Shown piece after piece: positions 23,515 through 36,179 of a stretch of 64,000 nt of DNA. The position numbers and the translations under genes are program-made. The notes beneath the pieces are model-generated. The model worked only from the letters and a program-made list of their open reading frames with translations, did not search any database and had not been told where the DNA came from. Every line of letters starts with the position of its first letter. The first letter of the stretch is position 1. The DNA comes from Heptranchias perlo (taxonomy: Eukaryota): contig NW_027139581.1 in NCBI RefSeq assembly GCF_035084215.1, positions 3,720,001 to 3,784,000 of the forward strand, read 5' to 3'.

Positions 23515-26360
23515 ATAAAGTAATGGTCAGTGAGGATACATGGGGGCTGATAATATGGTGGTCAGTAAGGATACATTGGGGCTGATAATATAATGGTCAG
23601 TAAGGATACATGGGGGCTGATAATACAATGGTCAGTAAGGATACACGGGGGCTGATAAAACAATGGTCAGTAAGGATACATGGGGGCTGATAATACAATG
23701 GTCAGTAAGGATACATGGGGGCTGATAATTCAATGGTCAGTAAGGATACACGGGGTCTGATAATACAATGGTCAGTGAGAACACATTTGGTGTGATAATG
23801 CAATGTCCTTTACGGATACATGTGGGTGACAACTGAATGTTTTGTAAGGATTCTTGAATGCAGGTAATGCAATGATCAGTAAGGAAACACGGGGTTTGCT
23901 CATGCAACGGTCAGAAAGAACATAGTTGTGTGATAATGTAATGGTCAGTAAGAACATAGCGGAATGATAATGCAGTAGTCAGTAAGAATACCTGGGGTTT
24001 ATCCGACAATGGTCAGTAAGGATACGTGGGGTATGATACTGCCATGGTCAGCAACTGGAAATGGGGCAGATAAAATACTGGTCACTAATAATGTGAAGGC
24101 GTGATAATACAACGGTCAGTACGGATACTTGAGATGTGATAATGCAATGGTCGATAAGGATACTTGGATGCAGATGATACAATGGTCAATTATGATACAT
24201 GGGGGTTATAATACAATGGGCAGTAAGGATAGTTGGGGGCTGATAATGTAATGGTCAGTAAGGAGAGATGGGATTGATAATACAATGGTCAGTAATTATA
24301 CATGGGGTGTGATAATGCAATGGCAGTATGGGTACATCGGTGGTAATAATACAATGATCAGTAAAAATACACGGGGGTGATAATACAATATTCATTAAGG
24401 AAACATGGGGCCGTTAATTCAACAGTCGGTTAGAATACATGGGATCTGACATTTACATGCTCATTTAGGATATTTTACGCAAATAATGCAATGGTCAGTA
24501 AGGATACATGGGGGCTGATAATAGATTGTTCTGTAAGAACACATGGTGGTGGTAACACAATGGTCAGTAAAGATACTTGGACACAGATATTACAATTGAC
24601 AGTGCGAATACATGTGAGTGATAATGCAATGGTCAGTAAGAATACATGACTGTTCATTATACGATGGTCAGTCAGGATACATGGGATTGATAATACAATG
24701 GTCAGTAAGGATACATGGGATTGATAATACAATGGTCAGTAAGTATAAATGGGGGTGATCAGAGAATGGTCAGCAAGGACACATATTGTGTGATAATGCA
24801 ATGGTCAGTAGGAATACTTATGGTCGGATAATACAATGGTCAGTAAGAGTACCTGGGATGTGTCAGTGCAATGGTCACTAAAGATACTTGGATGCAGATA
24901 ATACAGTTGTCAGTGAGAATATATGTGGGAGAAAATAAAATGGTCAGTAAGAATATAAACAATTGTCAGTAAGGATACATGTGGTGTGCTGATACAATGC
25001 TGAGTAAGGATACATGTGGAAGATAATGTAATGGTCAGTAAGAAGATATGACGGTGGTAATGCAACAGTCAGTCAGAATATATGGGAGCGATAATACAAC
25101 GGACAGTAAGAATACATGGGAGTGGTAATAGAATGGACAGTAAGTAAAGATGGGGGCTGATAATACAATGACCAGTAAGTATGAATGGGTGCCGATAATA
25201 TAGTGGTCAGTGAGTATACATGGGGCTGATAATACAATGGTCTGGAAGGAGACATGGGGGCTGATAATGCAATGGTCAGGAAGGAGACATGGGGGCTGAT
25301 AATGCAATGGCCAGGAAGGAGACATGCGGGCTGATGATACAATGATCAGTAAGGATACATGGGGAGTGATAATAGAATGGTCAGCAATATACATGGGGGC
25401 TGATAATGCAATGGCCAGTAAGTATACATGGGGGCTGATAATAGAATCGTCAGTAAGCAGACACGGAGGCTGTTAATACAATGGTCATAAGTATACACGG
25501 CGGCTGATAATAGAATGGTCACTAATATACATGGGGGCTGATAATATAATGGCCAGTAAGTATACACGGGGGCTGATAATACAATGGCCAGTAAGTATAC
25601 AGGGGGTATGATAATACAATGGCCAGTAAGTATACAGGGGCTGATAAGACAATGGTCAGTAAGTATACAGGGGCTGATAATACAATGGACAGTAAGTGTA
25701 CAGGGGCTGATAATACAATGGTTAGTAAGGATAAATGGGGGCTGACAATACAATGGTCATTAAGCACACATGGGAGTGATAATATAATGGTCAGTAAGGA
25801 TACATGAAGGATGATAATACAATGGTCATTAAGTATACATGTGAGTGATAATAGAATGGTCAGTAAGTATACACGGCGGCGGATAATACAATGGTCTGTA
25901 AGTGTACACGTGGACTGATAATACAATGATCAGTAAGGACACATGGGCACTGATAATACAATGGTCAGTAAGGACACATGGGGTCTGATAATATAATGGT
26001 CAGTAAGGATACATGGATGCTGATAATACAATGGTCAGTAAGGATACATGGGGGCTGATAATACAATGGTCAGTAAGGATACATGGATGCTCATAATACA
26101 ATGGTCAGTAAGGATACATGTGGGCTGATAATACAATGGTCAGTAAGTATAAATGGGGACTAATAATACAATGGTCAGTAAGGACACACGGGGGCTGATA
26201 ATACAATGGTCAGTAAGGATACATGGGGGCTGATAATACAATGGTCATTAAGGACAGATGGGGACTGATAATACAATGGTCAGTAAGGATACATGGGGAC
26301 TGATAATACAATGGTCAGTAAGGACACATGGGGTCTGATATTACAATGGTCAGGATGCAT
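23515..26360. repeat. 35-bp satellite (~80 copies)
   Basis: Unit GATAATACAATGGTCAGTAAGGATACATGGGGGCT; homogeneous at both ends, degenerate ~23780-25100. Confidence 0.95.
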
Positions 26361-26839
26361 ACATGAGGCAGATCTTGCTAGAAATCGCTCGGAGCGTCGA
26401 ATCAACGGTCACCGCCGCTCCTTCGATTTAAATTAACTAAATTACTGACGGCGGGCTTTTCCGCGTCGAATTGTTTGAATTGGACCATGAATCCAATCCT
26501 GCTCTGTCCCCCGAGCCTCTGAGCAGCGTTGGTTGCCGCGGCTGGAAATGTCTGAGAGGAGAAGACACGCCCACAAAATCTGTCAGGAAGTGAAGTCACG
26601 CCCACAGCTCCAGCCTTCATTGCTCAAAGAGGTGAGCAGACTTTTCATTGAAAGTTAGTGTTCTGCATGTAATTGTAAATTAAAAAAATAATCTTTTTAT
26701 AAAAAGCCGAACTTAAATGAACCGTTTATAAAAAGCAGTGGAATCTTAAATAAACAGTCTTTAAAAAGGAGTGTAAAATAAAATGAACTGTTTTTGAAAA
26801 GGCTGTTTTTACACTGAGAAAAATGATGGAACAGCAAAA

Positions 26840-29211
26840 GATGAATGAGAAGAGGTGAAACAAATGTTGTGATGAAGACCTCTACACACTCCTCAATGAG
26901 GTTGAGGTGAGGCTTCGGCGGCTTCTGGGGAACGGAAGTTTCGGGCGGCACAGAAAGTTAGCGTGTTGGTGTGGAAGGAGGTGGCACAGGTTCTGAGCAC
27001 GAACAGCACCGTGTCACGGAGAGCGGAACAGGGCCGCAAAAAATCAATGATTTAATGCAGTCGGCCAGGATATATGGAGAGTTTTAGAAATTCAAAAGTT
27101 CAGATTTAAATGTGCTGAGTTTAACGAATGCATAAACACAGGTTGTTTCTGGGTGGTGTGGTCAAGGTTCAATCCAATGGCAACTGGTCGTAAAACTCAG
27201 TTGCCATTGTGGACGGGCCTCACTAAATGCTTTTCGAGATCTTTTATCCCTACTCCAGAGATTTGAGGTGTTACAATTAGTGAATTAGACCCTGTCTCCA
27301 AACCCCCAACTTATCTCTCTCACACAAACAAGCACAAACTGATTTTTATTGTTTAATGTCTTTTGGTGAGAGGTCGAAGACCGGCGGCGGTTCAGCCTTT
27401 ATGAGGGAGATGACCGAGCATGAAGAAAGGGCCACTCAGCTGCAGGGCAACAATTCCAGTTTAGTGCCTGGTGTCCGATCAGACACTGGAGCGAGGAAAG
27501 GTGAGTTTGACATTCCTCTATTGGCCAGCTGCATGTTTAAAACCTGCGTGTTGTCTGAAGGATGGGAAAAGGAGATTCGAGTCTGACCATGCTCGTGCAG
27601 CGTGTGGGCGTCTGTGATGTGACCGATGAACATGCTTCACCAGTGGAACATTTTGTTCTTCCTTCCCACAGGTTCACAGCCGTATGAGGACACTCGGGCT
27701 GCAGAAGGTGGTGAGTCGGCGGCGGCAGAGGGTGATGGTGTTTGTGCTGCAGAGGGTGATGGTGTTTGGGCTGCAGAGGGTGATGGTGTTTGCACTGCAG
27801 AGTGTGATGGTGTTTCAGCTCCTGACCCCACCTGCCACCCTCAGGGTGTTGATGTGGGGGGAGCGCTTGACCATGAGGAGCCTCACCTCACCGCCTCTCC
27901 AACTCCAGGCCCCTCTGGCTCTGTGCGAGACACACACAATCCCCCTCTCACAGGCAGCCGCCAGCTGAGTCCGACCTGTCGGGGTGTGAGGAACCGTTGG
28001 TAGTTGGGGTAGATGCACCCCAGTCCCCCGTGAGGCGAAGTAGACGTCATCCCCATCCCCCTCCTCCCCCCCCCCCCCATGTAGATGATGAATTGGGAGA
28101 GGACATCAACGGTCAACAAGTGAGACGATTGACGGCTGATGAGAGCGACAAGTACCGTGACTGTTACGTCTCCATGAGACAGGAGATGAAGGATGCTGGA
28201 CAGAACATTAGCGCCAAGCTGGCCCAGACTGGACAGAACATTCGCGCCAAGCTGGCCCATACTGGACAGAACATTGCCCAGCTGGCCCAGACTGGACAGG
28301 ACATTGCCCAGCTGGCCCATCTTGGACAGAACATTGCCAAGCTGGCCCATACTGGACAGAACTTTGTCCAGCTGCCCCATACTGGACAGAACATTGCCCA
28401 GCTGGCCCAGACTGGACAGAACATTGCCCAGCTGGCCCATACTGGACAGAACATTGCCCAGCTGGCCTATACTGGACAGAACATTGCCCAGCTGACCCAT
28501 ACTGGACAGAACATTGCCCAGCTGGCCCATACTGGACAGAAAATTAGTGCCAAGCTGGCCCATACTGGACAGAACATTAGCGCCAAGCTGGCCCATACTG
28601 GACAGAACATTGCCCAGATGGCCCATACTGGACAGAACATTGCCCAGCTGGCCCAGACTGGAGAGGACATTGCCCAGCTGGCCCATATTGGACGGAACAT
28701 TGCCAAGCTGGCCCACACTGGTCAGAACTTTGTCCAACTGCCCCATACGGGACAGAACATTGCCCAGCTGGCCCATACTGGACAGAACATTGCCCAGCTG
28801 ACCCATATTGGGCAGAACCTTGGCCAGCTGGTCCATACTAGACAGAACATTGCCCAGCTGGCCCATACTCGACAGAACATTGCCCAGCTGGCCCACACTG
28901 GACAGAACATTGCCCAGCTGACAAATATTCACCAGGCTCTCGTACATTTCATGGAGTTGAATGCGAGCACGGCTGTGCTGCACCTGAAGCCCGTGACACC
29001 CCCCGTGCCACCTCCTGCCGCAGACAGATTGCAGGCCCAAGAGCCAGGAGCTATTCCTGCACCTAACGCTGCTTTTACTCATGTCCCCGTGGAACAGCAG
29101 CACCCCAGCTCCGAACTCCCTGATTACAGCCATTTTGTAAGACACAGATTTCGTGCCCTTGGCTCAAGAGGGGCTCGATCACAGGGAGGGATGGGGGCCT
29201 GGAGGAAATAG
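26840..29211 (+). pseudogene. Harbinger Myb/SANT-like DNA-binding protein gene (3 exons, frameshifted)
   Basis: LLNEVEVR.. / VWKEVAQVLSTNSTVSRRAEQGRKK-(fs)-NDLMQSAR (26890-27070); KTGGG..MTEHEERA.. followed by GTGAG donor (~27500); acceptor CCCACAG ~27671; low-complexity then helical-repeat C-terminus. Confidence 0.75.
28195..28925 (+). repeat. In-frame 30/33-bp coding tandem repeat (LAHTGQNIAQ)n, ~24 copies
   Basis: Unit CTGGCCCATACTGGACAGAACATTGCCCAG inside open ORF 27997-29211. Confidence 0.95.
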
Positions 29212-30476
29212 GATGCTCCTCGAGGACAGAGTTCACCTCCTCTTGTTCAGAGTGTCACAGCGACCCTCGAGCATGCCGCAAGGGGGCGTCTGTAAATCTT
29301 ATTGCTGTTTGTTCGGTTGATGTTTTGGTTGTTTGTTTTTATTCGCTTGTTGATATTTTGTCATGTGATGAATCTCTTCTGATTGTTTGTGTGATAATTT
29401 TTGTTGCTGCTGCTGCTGCCCTTCAAACTTAATCAGAAGTCATTTGTAATTGTTCGAAGATTTTCTGAATATAAACCATGTTAACATCACAAATGCTTTC
29501 AAACAACAAAATTAATAAGTTAACCTAATTTTTATTTAAAGTTTTGCACTACACACCTCAATGTTCACAATAAAGTTTTGCAACAACTAAATACCTCAAA
29601 ATGTTAATGTAAAGTTTTGCACTAATGTTTTGATGCTGCAATTAAGGCTCACTGTTTCACTTTCAATCTTGCTTGTCCTGTTATCTGCTTTCCTGGGAGG
29701 GGGCGGGGAGGCAATTACCCATTTTCATCGATGTCAAAAAGCATCAGCCACTGGGTGCTCTCCCGCTGCCCTGTCTCCTGCAGCCACGGTTTCCCCGGGG
29801 GTGGGGATGGGGAAACCAACAATGGCCCCAGCAACATCCGGGTTGTCATCCTGCATCTCATCCATTCCCAGAGGCATCTCGTCTTCCTGGTCAAAGGTCA
29901 GTCCTTCCCGCAGTGTAAAGTTGTGCAATGCGCATCAGACAACCACAACCCTGGACATCTTGAGAGGTGAGTACGGCAAAGTTCCCCCGACCTGTCCAAG
30001 TATCGAAAGCGTGATTTCAGCTCCACCGATTCTCCTCTCCATGACTTGGCGTGAGCACACGTGGGCACGGTTGTTCCTCTCCTGAGCTGCACTATTGGTC
30101 CTGCGGTCGGGTGTCATCAGCCACGGCTTCAGCGGTTAGCCCTTGTCACCTGATATCCATCCAGATCCATGCTGCTCTCCGGTGAAGGTATCATTGCAAG
30201 TCTGAGTGGCGAAGGACGAAGGCATCATGGGCACTTCCCTTGTGATCTGTATTTACATTCATGATCCACAGGTCGGCATCGCAAAGGATCCTCACATTTA
30301 ACCAATTTGTGGTTGTCTGATGCGCATTGCACAACTTTACACTGCGGGAAGGACTGACCTTTGACCAGGAAGACGAGATGCCGCTGGGAATGGACCCTTC
30401 CTGTTGATTTAAGTGACAGGTGCCTCATTGGGTGCCTTCCATGTCACATGGAATCCGTCGACAGCCCCCTGCAATC

Positions 30477-30872
30477 TGGGAATCCAGCGATCCTGTGGAA
30501 CGCGGTAAACCTTTCCCTTTGAGAATCCAGCGATCCTGTGGAACGCGGTACACCTCTCCCTTTGGGGAATCCAGCGATCCAGCAGAACGCCGTAGACCTC
30601 TCCCTTTGGGGAATCCAGCGATCCTGTGGAACGCGGTTGATCTCTCCCTTTGGGGAATCCAGCGATCCTGTGGAACGCGGTACACCTCTCCCTTTGGGGA
30701 ATCCAGCGATCCTGTAGAACGCCGTAGACCTCTCCCTTTGGGGAATCCAGCGATCCTGTGGAACACGGTTGATCTCTCCCTTTGGGGAATCCAGCGATCG
30801 TGTGGAACGCGGTAGACATCTCCCATTGGGGAATCCAGCGATCCTGTGGATCACGGTCGACCTCTCCCTTTA
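30477..30872. repeat. 44-bp tandem repeat (~9 copies) amplified from transposase coding sequence
   Basis: Unit GATCCTGTGGAACGCGGTACACCTCTCCCTTTGGGGAATCCAGC encodes ..AFHRIAGFP.. on minus. Confidence 0.9.
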
Positions 30873-30929
30873 CTGCGCTGGGGACATGTCAAGTTTGATC
30901 AACTGGGAAACCGCGCGGAATATCGCGCC

Positions 30930-31730
30930 TGTGACCTCATGAATCCACTCTCGCAGGCCTCTGGGTGATTGTGTATCTGTGACCTGATGAATACAGACTC
31001 CCGCAGGGCTCTGGGTAATGGTGTGTCTGCGACCTGATGAATTCAGACTCTCACAGGGCTCTGGGTAATGGTGTGTCTGTGACCTGATGAATTCAGACTC
31101 CCGCGGGGCTCTGGGTAATGGTGTGTCTGTGACCTGATGAATTCAGACTCTCACAGGGCTCTGGGTAATGGTGTGTCTGTGACCTGATGAATTCAGACTC
31201 TCACAGGGCTCTGGGTAATGGTGTGTCTGTGACCTGATGAATTCAGACTCCCGCGGGGCTCTGGGTAATGGTGTGTCTGTGACCTGATGAATTCAGACTC
31301 TCACAGGGCTCTGGGTAATGGTGTGTCTGTGACCTGATGAATTCAGACTCTCACAGGGCTCTGGGTAATGGTGTATCTGTGACCTGATGAATTCAGACTC
31401 TCACAGGGCTCTGGGTAATGGTGTGTCTATGACCTGATGAATTCAGACTCTCACAGGGCTCTGGGTAATGGTGTGTCTGTGACCTGATGAATTTAGACTC
31501 TCACAGGGCTCTGGGTAATGATGTGTCTATGACCTAATGAATTCAGACTCTCACAGGGCTCTGGGTAATGGTGTGTCTGTGACCTGATGAATTCAGACTC
31601 TCACAGGGCTCTGGGTGATGTTGTGTCTGTGACCTGATGAATTCAGACTCTCACAGGGCTCTGGGAGATGGTGTATCCGTGACCTGATGAATTCAGACTC
31701 TCACATAGCTCTGGGTGATGTTGCACATGT
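30930..31730. repeat. 50-bp tandem repeat (~16 copies) amplified from transposase coding sequence
   Basis: Unit GACCTGATGAATTCAGACTCTCACAGGGCTCTGGGTAATGGTGTGTCTGT; minus reads ITQSPVRV*IHQVTD. Confidence 0.9.
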
Positions 31731-31889
31731 CACCAGGGCCTGACTGAAATGACCCACATGCCACTGACGAGGCCCTGCAGGAAGTAGAAGGTGGCTGAAG
31801 GTCCTCTTGTAATATCTCACAGAGGCGGCCGATTGCCTCCTTACTGAAACGAAGTCTTCACACAGATATCTCTTCCGATAATAATGTGC

Positions 31890-33005
31890 TTTCAAAAGGC
31901 TTTTGATAAAGTGCCGCATGGTAGGCTTATCATCAGGATTGCGGCCCCTGGAATAAAGAGAGCAGTAGCAACATGGATACAGAATTGACTAAGGGACAGG
32001 AAAGAGAGATAACTGGTGAATGGTTGTTTTTCACACTGGAAGGAGGTGTCCAATGGCGTTCCCCAGGGGTCGGTGCTGGGACCACTGCTTTTCTTGATAT
32101 ATATTAATGACTTGGACTTGGAAGTCCAGGGCACAATTTGTAAATTTGCAGGTAACACAAAACTTGAAGGAGTCGTAAAGAGTGCGGAGGATAGTGATAG
32201 ACTTCAAGGGAATATGGACTGGCTGGTGGAATGGGCGGATACATGGCAGGTGAAATTTAACGCAGAATAATACGAAGTCATACATTTTGGTCGGAAGAAT
32301 GAGATGAGGCAATATAACTTAGAGGCCAAAAGTCTAAAGGGGGTGCAGGAGCAGAGAGATCTGGGGGTGTATGCGCACAAATCGTTGAAGGTGGCAGGGC
32401 AGGTTGAGAAAGTGGTTAAAAAAGCATACGGGATCTTTGGCTTTTTTAATCGAGGCACGGAGTACAAAAGTATGGAAGTCATGACAAAGCTTTATAAAAC
32501 ACTGGTTCGGCCTCAACTGGAGTATTGTGTCCAGTTCTGGGCACCGCACTTTAGGAAAGATGTGAAGGCCTTCGAGAGGGTGCAGAAGAGATTTATTAGA
32601 ATGATTCCAGTGATGAGGGTATTTAGTTACGTGGATAGACTGGAGAAGCTGGGGTTGTTCTCCTTGGAACAGAGACGGTTGAGGGGAGATTCGATGGAGA
32701 TCATCAAAATCATGAAAGTTCTGGACAGAGTGGATAGAGAGAAACTGTTCCCATTTGCGGAAGGGACAAGAACCAGAGGACATCGATTTAAGGTGATTGG
32801 CAGAAGAACCAAAGGTGACATTAGGAAAATGCACTGCCCGAGGGGATGGTGGCGGCAGATTCAATCATGGCTTTCAAAACGGAACAGGATATGTACTTGA
32901 AAGGAAAAAAATATCAGGGCTGCGGGGATTGGGATGAGCTGGAATGCTCTTGCATGGAGCCGGCACGGACCGAATGGCCGAATCGCCTCCTTCCGTGCTG
33001 TCTCC
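31890..33005 (+). mobile_element. CR1 LINE 3' fragment
   Basis: [38 protein letters not shown]. Confidence 0.9.
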
Positions 33006-33069
33006 TTTCCATGTTTCTCTCATTCAAATGGAAGAGGAGTGACAATGAGCAGTATCAAAATGGAGCAAC

Positions 33070-33152
33070 TACCAGGAGTGGGGTTCGAACCCACGCGGGT
33101 ATAAACCCATTGGATCTTAAGTCCAACGCCTTAACCACTCGGCCATCCTGGT
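33070..33152 (-). tRNA. trnL-TAA: tRNA-Leu(TAA)
   Basis: ACCAGGATGGCCGAGTGGTTAAGGCGTTGGACTTAAGATCCAATGGGTTTATACCCGCGTGGGTTCGAACCCCACTCCTGGTA: paired acceptor stem, A/B boxes, TAA anticodon, long variable arm, T4 terminator ~10 nt downstream. Confidence 0.95.
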
Positions 33153-34994
33153 CTCTTCACAGTTTGGTGTGGTGTGTAATATTCTTGAGTCTCACTGCTT
33201 CATTTTCATTGTCAGTCAAAGTCCAGGATGAAATGATGTGTGGAGCGGGGAATGTGTGACAGAGAGAAACTCTGAGAAGCGTTGAAGAAGTGACACACAC
33301 GCTCAGACACATGACACACACACATACAGCCAGGTACACCTCTATGTGTGAGTGTGTGATGTGTCTGAAAGTTTGTTGAACTTTCCACGGGCCACTGTTG
33401 AAAGACGACTCACTGTTCACATTTCCATCTCTCTGTTAGTTAAGATCCAGAATAAAGTGATGTGAGGTGCGAGGAAAAGAGTGATAAAGAGAGACACTCA
33501 GAAAGAGAGAGAGACACTGGGACAGAAAGAGACGCTCTCGGTCTGTCTGAGTCTGTGTCAGTCTCTCTCCCTCCATCTGTCCAATACCCGCAGATTTGAG
33601 AATCACAGGGTCAAAGAAGGAAACAGATTGGAACACATTGAGCCTGTGTCCTGTTTCAAAACCGACTCCCAGGAAAACGGCTCCGGTAGAATCGTTAAAT
33701 GGTCAAAGTTTTTCCGGCGAGTTTGACCTCCTCCCTGAGATGGGGAGACACGGGGACGTGGGGCGATTAAAAGGCTTCAGAAAAATCATTTCGAATTGGA
33801 TATTCTCCATCGTGGTGAGATATCCCTCCTTATCCAGGGATTTAGCTCCCCGACGGGGAGGGAACATTTTTAAGAGGCCGACTACAATTTTTAATCCTTT
33901 GCCTCGCTTCTTCTTCAAAAACGACAGAGAGAAATAGAGCAGAAAAAGAATGAAACAGGTGATTATCATTTTCAGAATATTATTGAGCGGCGACTGTTTG
34001 GGGACTGAATTCTTGGGGCCCGTCTGTTGCAGAGCACAAATGTGTTCCGAACTGTTTCCTTCTTGGACCCTGTGATTCTCAGAGAGAGACAGAGGGAGAG
34101 AGAGAGAGAGAGAAAGGGGGAGAGAGAGAGACAGAGAGAGAGAGACAAAGACTGATCCTGAGAGATTTAACGATTAAGCCTCTGTTTGCAATGTACCTGT
34201 ATGTGTGTGTCTCACTTTTTCTAACGTTTTCTGAGTGAGTCTCTGTTTCTCTGTCTTTCTCTCTCTGTCACTCTCTCCCGCTCTCCCCACATCACTTTAT
34301 TCTCGACCTTGACGAACAGAAAGATGGAAATGTGAAAGGTGAGTTTTCTTTTAACAGTGGCCCGTGGAAACCAGGGTTCAATTTCCCGTCTGGGAGGTTA
34401 CAGTTTTATTGCCTTTAAAAGCTTCACTTTCATTCCTCTTGCAATTTATCTCCAAGAGGAGGTTTACCAGAAAGATCCCACATACAACAATGAAATGGAT
34501 GGCCAGTTAATCTGCGTTTTGGTGGTGTTAGTTGAGGGAGGAATGATAATTTCCTTAATAATGGATTCTAGCATTTTCATTTTAGACACACACATACACA
34601 GCCAGGTACACACGCAGACACTGATATACAAACAGATACACACACACAGGTACACACACAGAGAGACAGACACGTACGTGTAGATTGAAAAACAGAGATG
34701 AAAGGTCATCAAATAAATGGTTAAAATAGATTCACTGAACTTTCAAGCGTGTCTAACGCCATCTTGGGTGAGTGTCCATTATGGATTTGTACCGATTCCT
34801 CGGTCGTCTATATCCCCGCTTATCACGAGGGAAACCTGGGTTCAATTTTTCGACGGGGATGTTATAAATGTGCTGCCTTTAAAAGCTTCACGTTCATTTC
34901 TCTTGCAGTTTTCTGAGTGCTTCTCTCTCGTTCTCGCTGTCACTCATTCCCCCGCTCCCAACAGTGTTTTACTCAGGACCTCTGACTCACAAAG

Positions 34995-35925
34995 TAGGTT
35001 AGTAAGTTTGCAGATGACACCAAGATTGGTGGCATTGTGGACAGTGAAGAAGGTTATCTAGAATTGCAACGGGATCTTGATAAATTGGGCCAGTGGGCCG
35101 ATGAATGGCAGATGGAGTTTAATTTAGATAAATGTGAGGTGATGCATTTTGGTAGATCGAATCGGGCCAGGACCTACTCCGTTAATGGTAGGGCGTTGGG
35201 GAGAGTTATAGAACAAAGAGATCTAGGAGTACAGGTTCATAGCTCTTGGAAGTGGAGTCACAGGTGGATAGGGTGGTGAAGAAGGCATTCGGCATGCTTG
35301 GTTTCATTGGTCAGAACATTGAATGCAGGAGTTGGGATGTCTTGTTGAAGTTGTACAGGGCATTGGTGAGGCCACACTTGGAATACTGTGTACAGTTCTG
35401 GTCACCCTATTATAGAAAGGATATTATTAAACTAGAAAGAGTGCAGAAAAGATTTACGAGGATGCTACCGGGACTTGATGGTTGACTTATAGGGAGAGGT
35501 TAGACAGACTGGGACTTTTTTCCCTGGAGAGTAAGAGGTTAAGGGGTGATCTTATAGAAGTCTATAAAATAATGAGGGTCATAGATAAGGTAGATAGTCA
35601 AAATCTTTTCCCAAAGGTAGGGGAGTCGACAACGAGGGGGCTTAGATTTAAGGTGAGAGGGGAGAGATACAAAAGGGTCCAGAGGGGCAATTTTTTCACT
35701 CAAAGGGTGGTGAGTGTCTGGAACGAGCTGCCAGAGGCAGTAGTAGAGGCGGGTACAATTTTGTCTTTTAAAAAGCATTTGGACAGTTACATGGGTAACA
35801 TGGGTATAGACGGATATGGGCCAAGTGCAGGCAATTGGGACTAGCTTAGTGGTATAAACTGGGCGACATGGACATGTTGGGCCGAAGGGCCTGTTTCCAT
35901 GTTGTAACTTCTATGATTCTATGAT
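34995..35925 (+). mobile_element. CR1-type LINE, 5'-truncated, relatively young
   Basis: [32 protein letters not shown]..; (CTATGATT)n tail. Confidence 0.9.
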
Positions 35926-36179
35926 TCTATAAAGTGATGGAAAATGACACAGAGCCGCAGAACTGGTCCAGTTATCAGCCGTCGCTCAGTGGGCAGCACT
36001 CTCGGCAGCGAGCACACAATCTGCTGAAAGAAGGCTTGTCTTTCACATTTCCATCTCTTTGTCAGTAAAGATGAAATGATGTGCGGAGCGGGGGAAAGAG
36101 TGACAGAGAGAAAGAAAGAGAGAGAGACACTCTGAAAAGCTTTGAAGAAGTGAGACACACCCAGATAGACACACAGCCA

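Larger units (their letters stand above)
29730..31880 (-). pseudogene. HARBI1-like (DDE_Tnp_4) transposase remnant
   Basis: Minus strand, in order: RLRFSKEAIGRLCEILQEDLQP; GSFQSGPGDMCNITQS; IAGFPRLQGAVDGFHV; LNVRILCD..GSAHDAFVLR; GWISGDKG*PLKPWLMTP; RAH..RQVMERRIG; LKSRFRYLDRSG; MHNF. Confidence 0.85.
26365..31885. mobile_element. Decayed Harbinger/PIF DNA transposon (convergent Myb/SANT gene and DDE transposase)
   Basis: Two-gene convergent layout typical of Harbinger; motifs listed in the sub-features. Termini/TIRs not confidently located; right side cut by CR1 at ~31890. Confidence 0.85.

Noticed and set aside
24475-25926. Hydrophobic ORFs in the 35-bp satellite
   Set aside because: Translations of the repeat, cycling through frames.
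27883-29145. 420-aa minus-strand ORF (SSMGQLGNVL)n as a novel gene
   Set aside because: Antisense shadow of the stop-free 30-bp repeat; the plus strand fits the Harbinger Myb gene.
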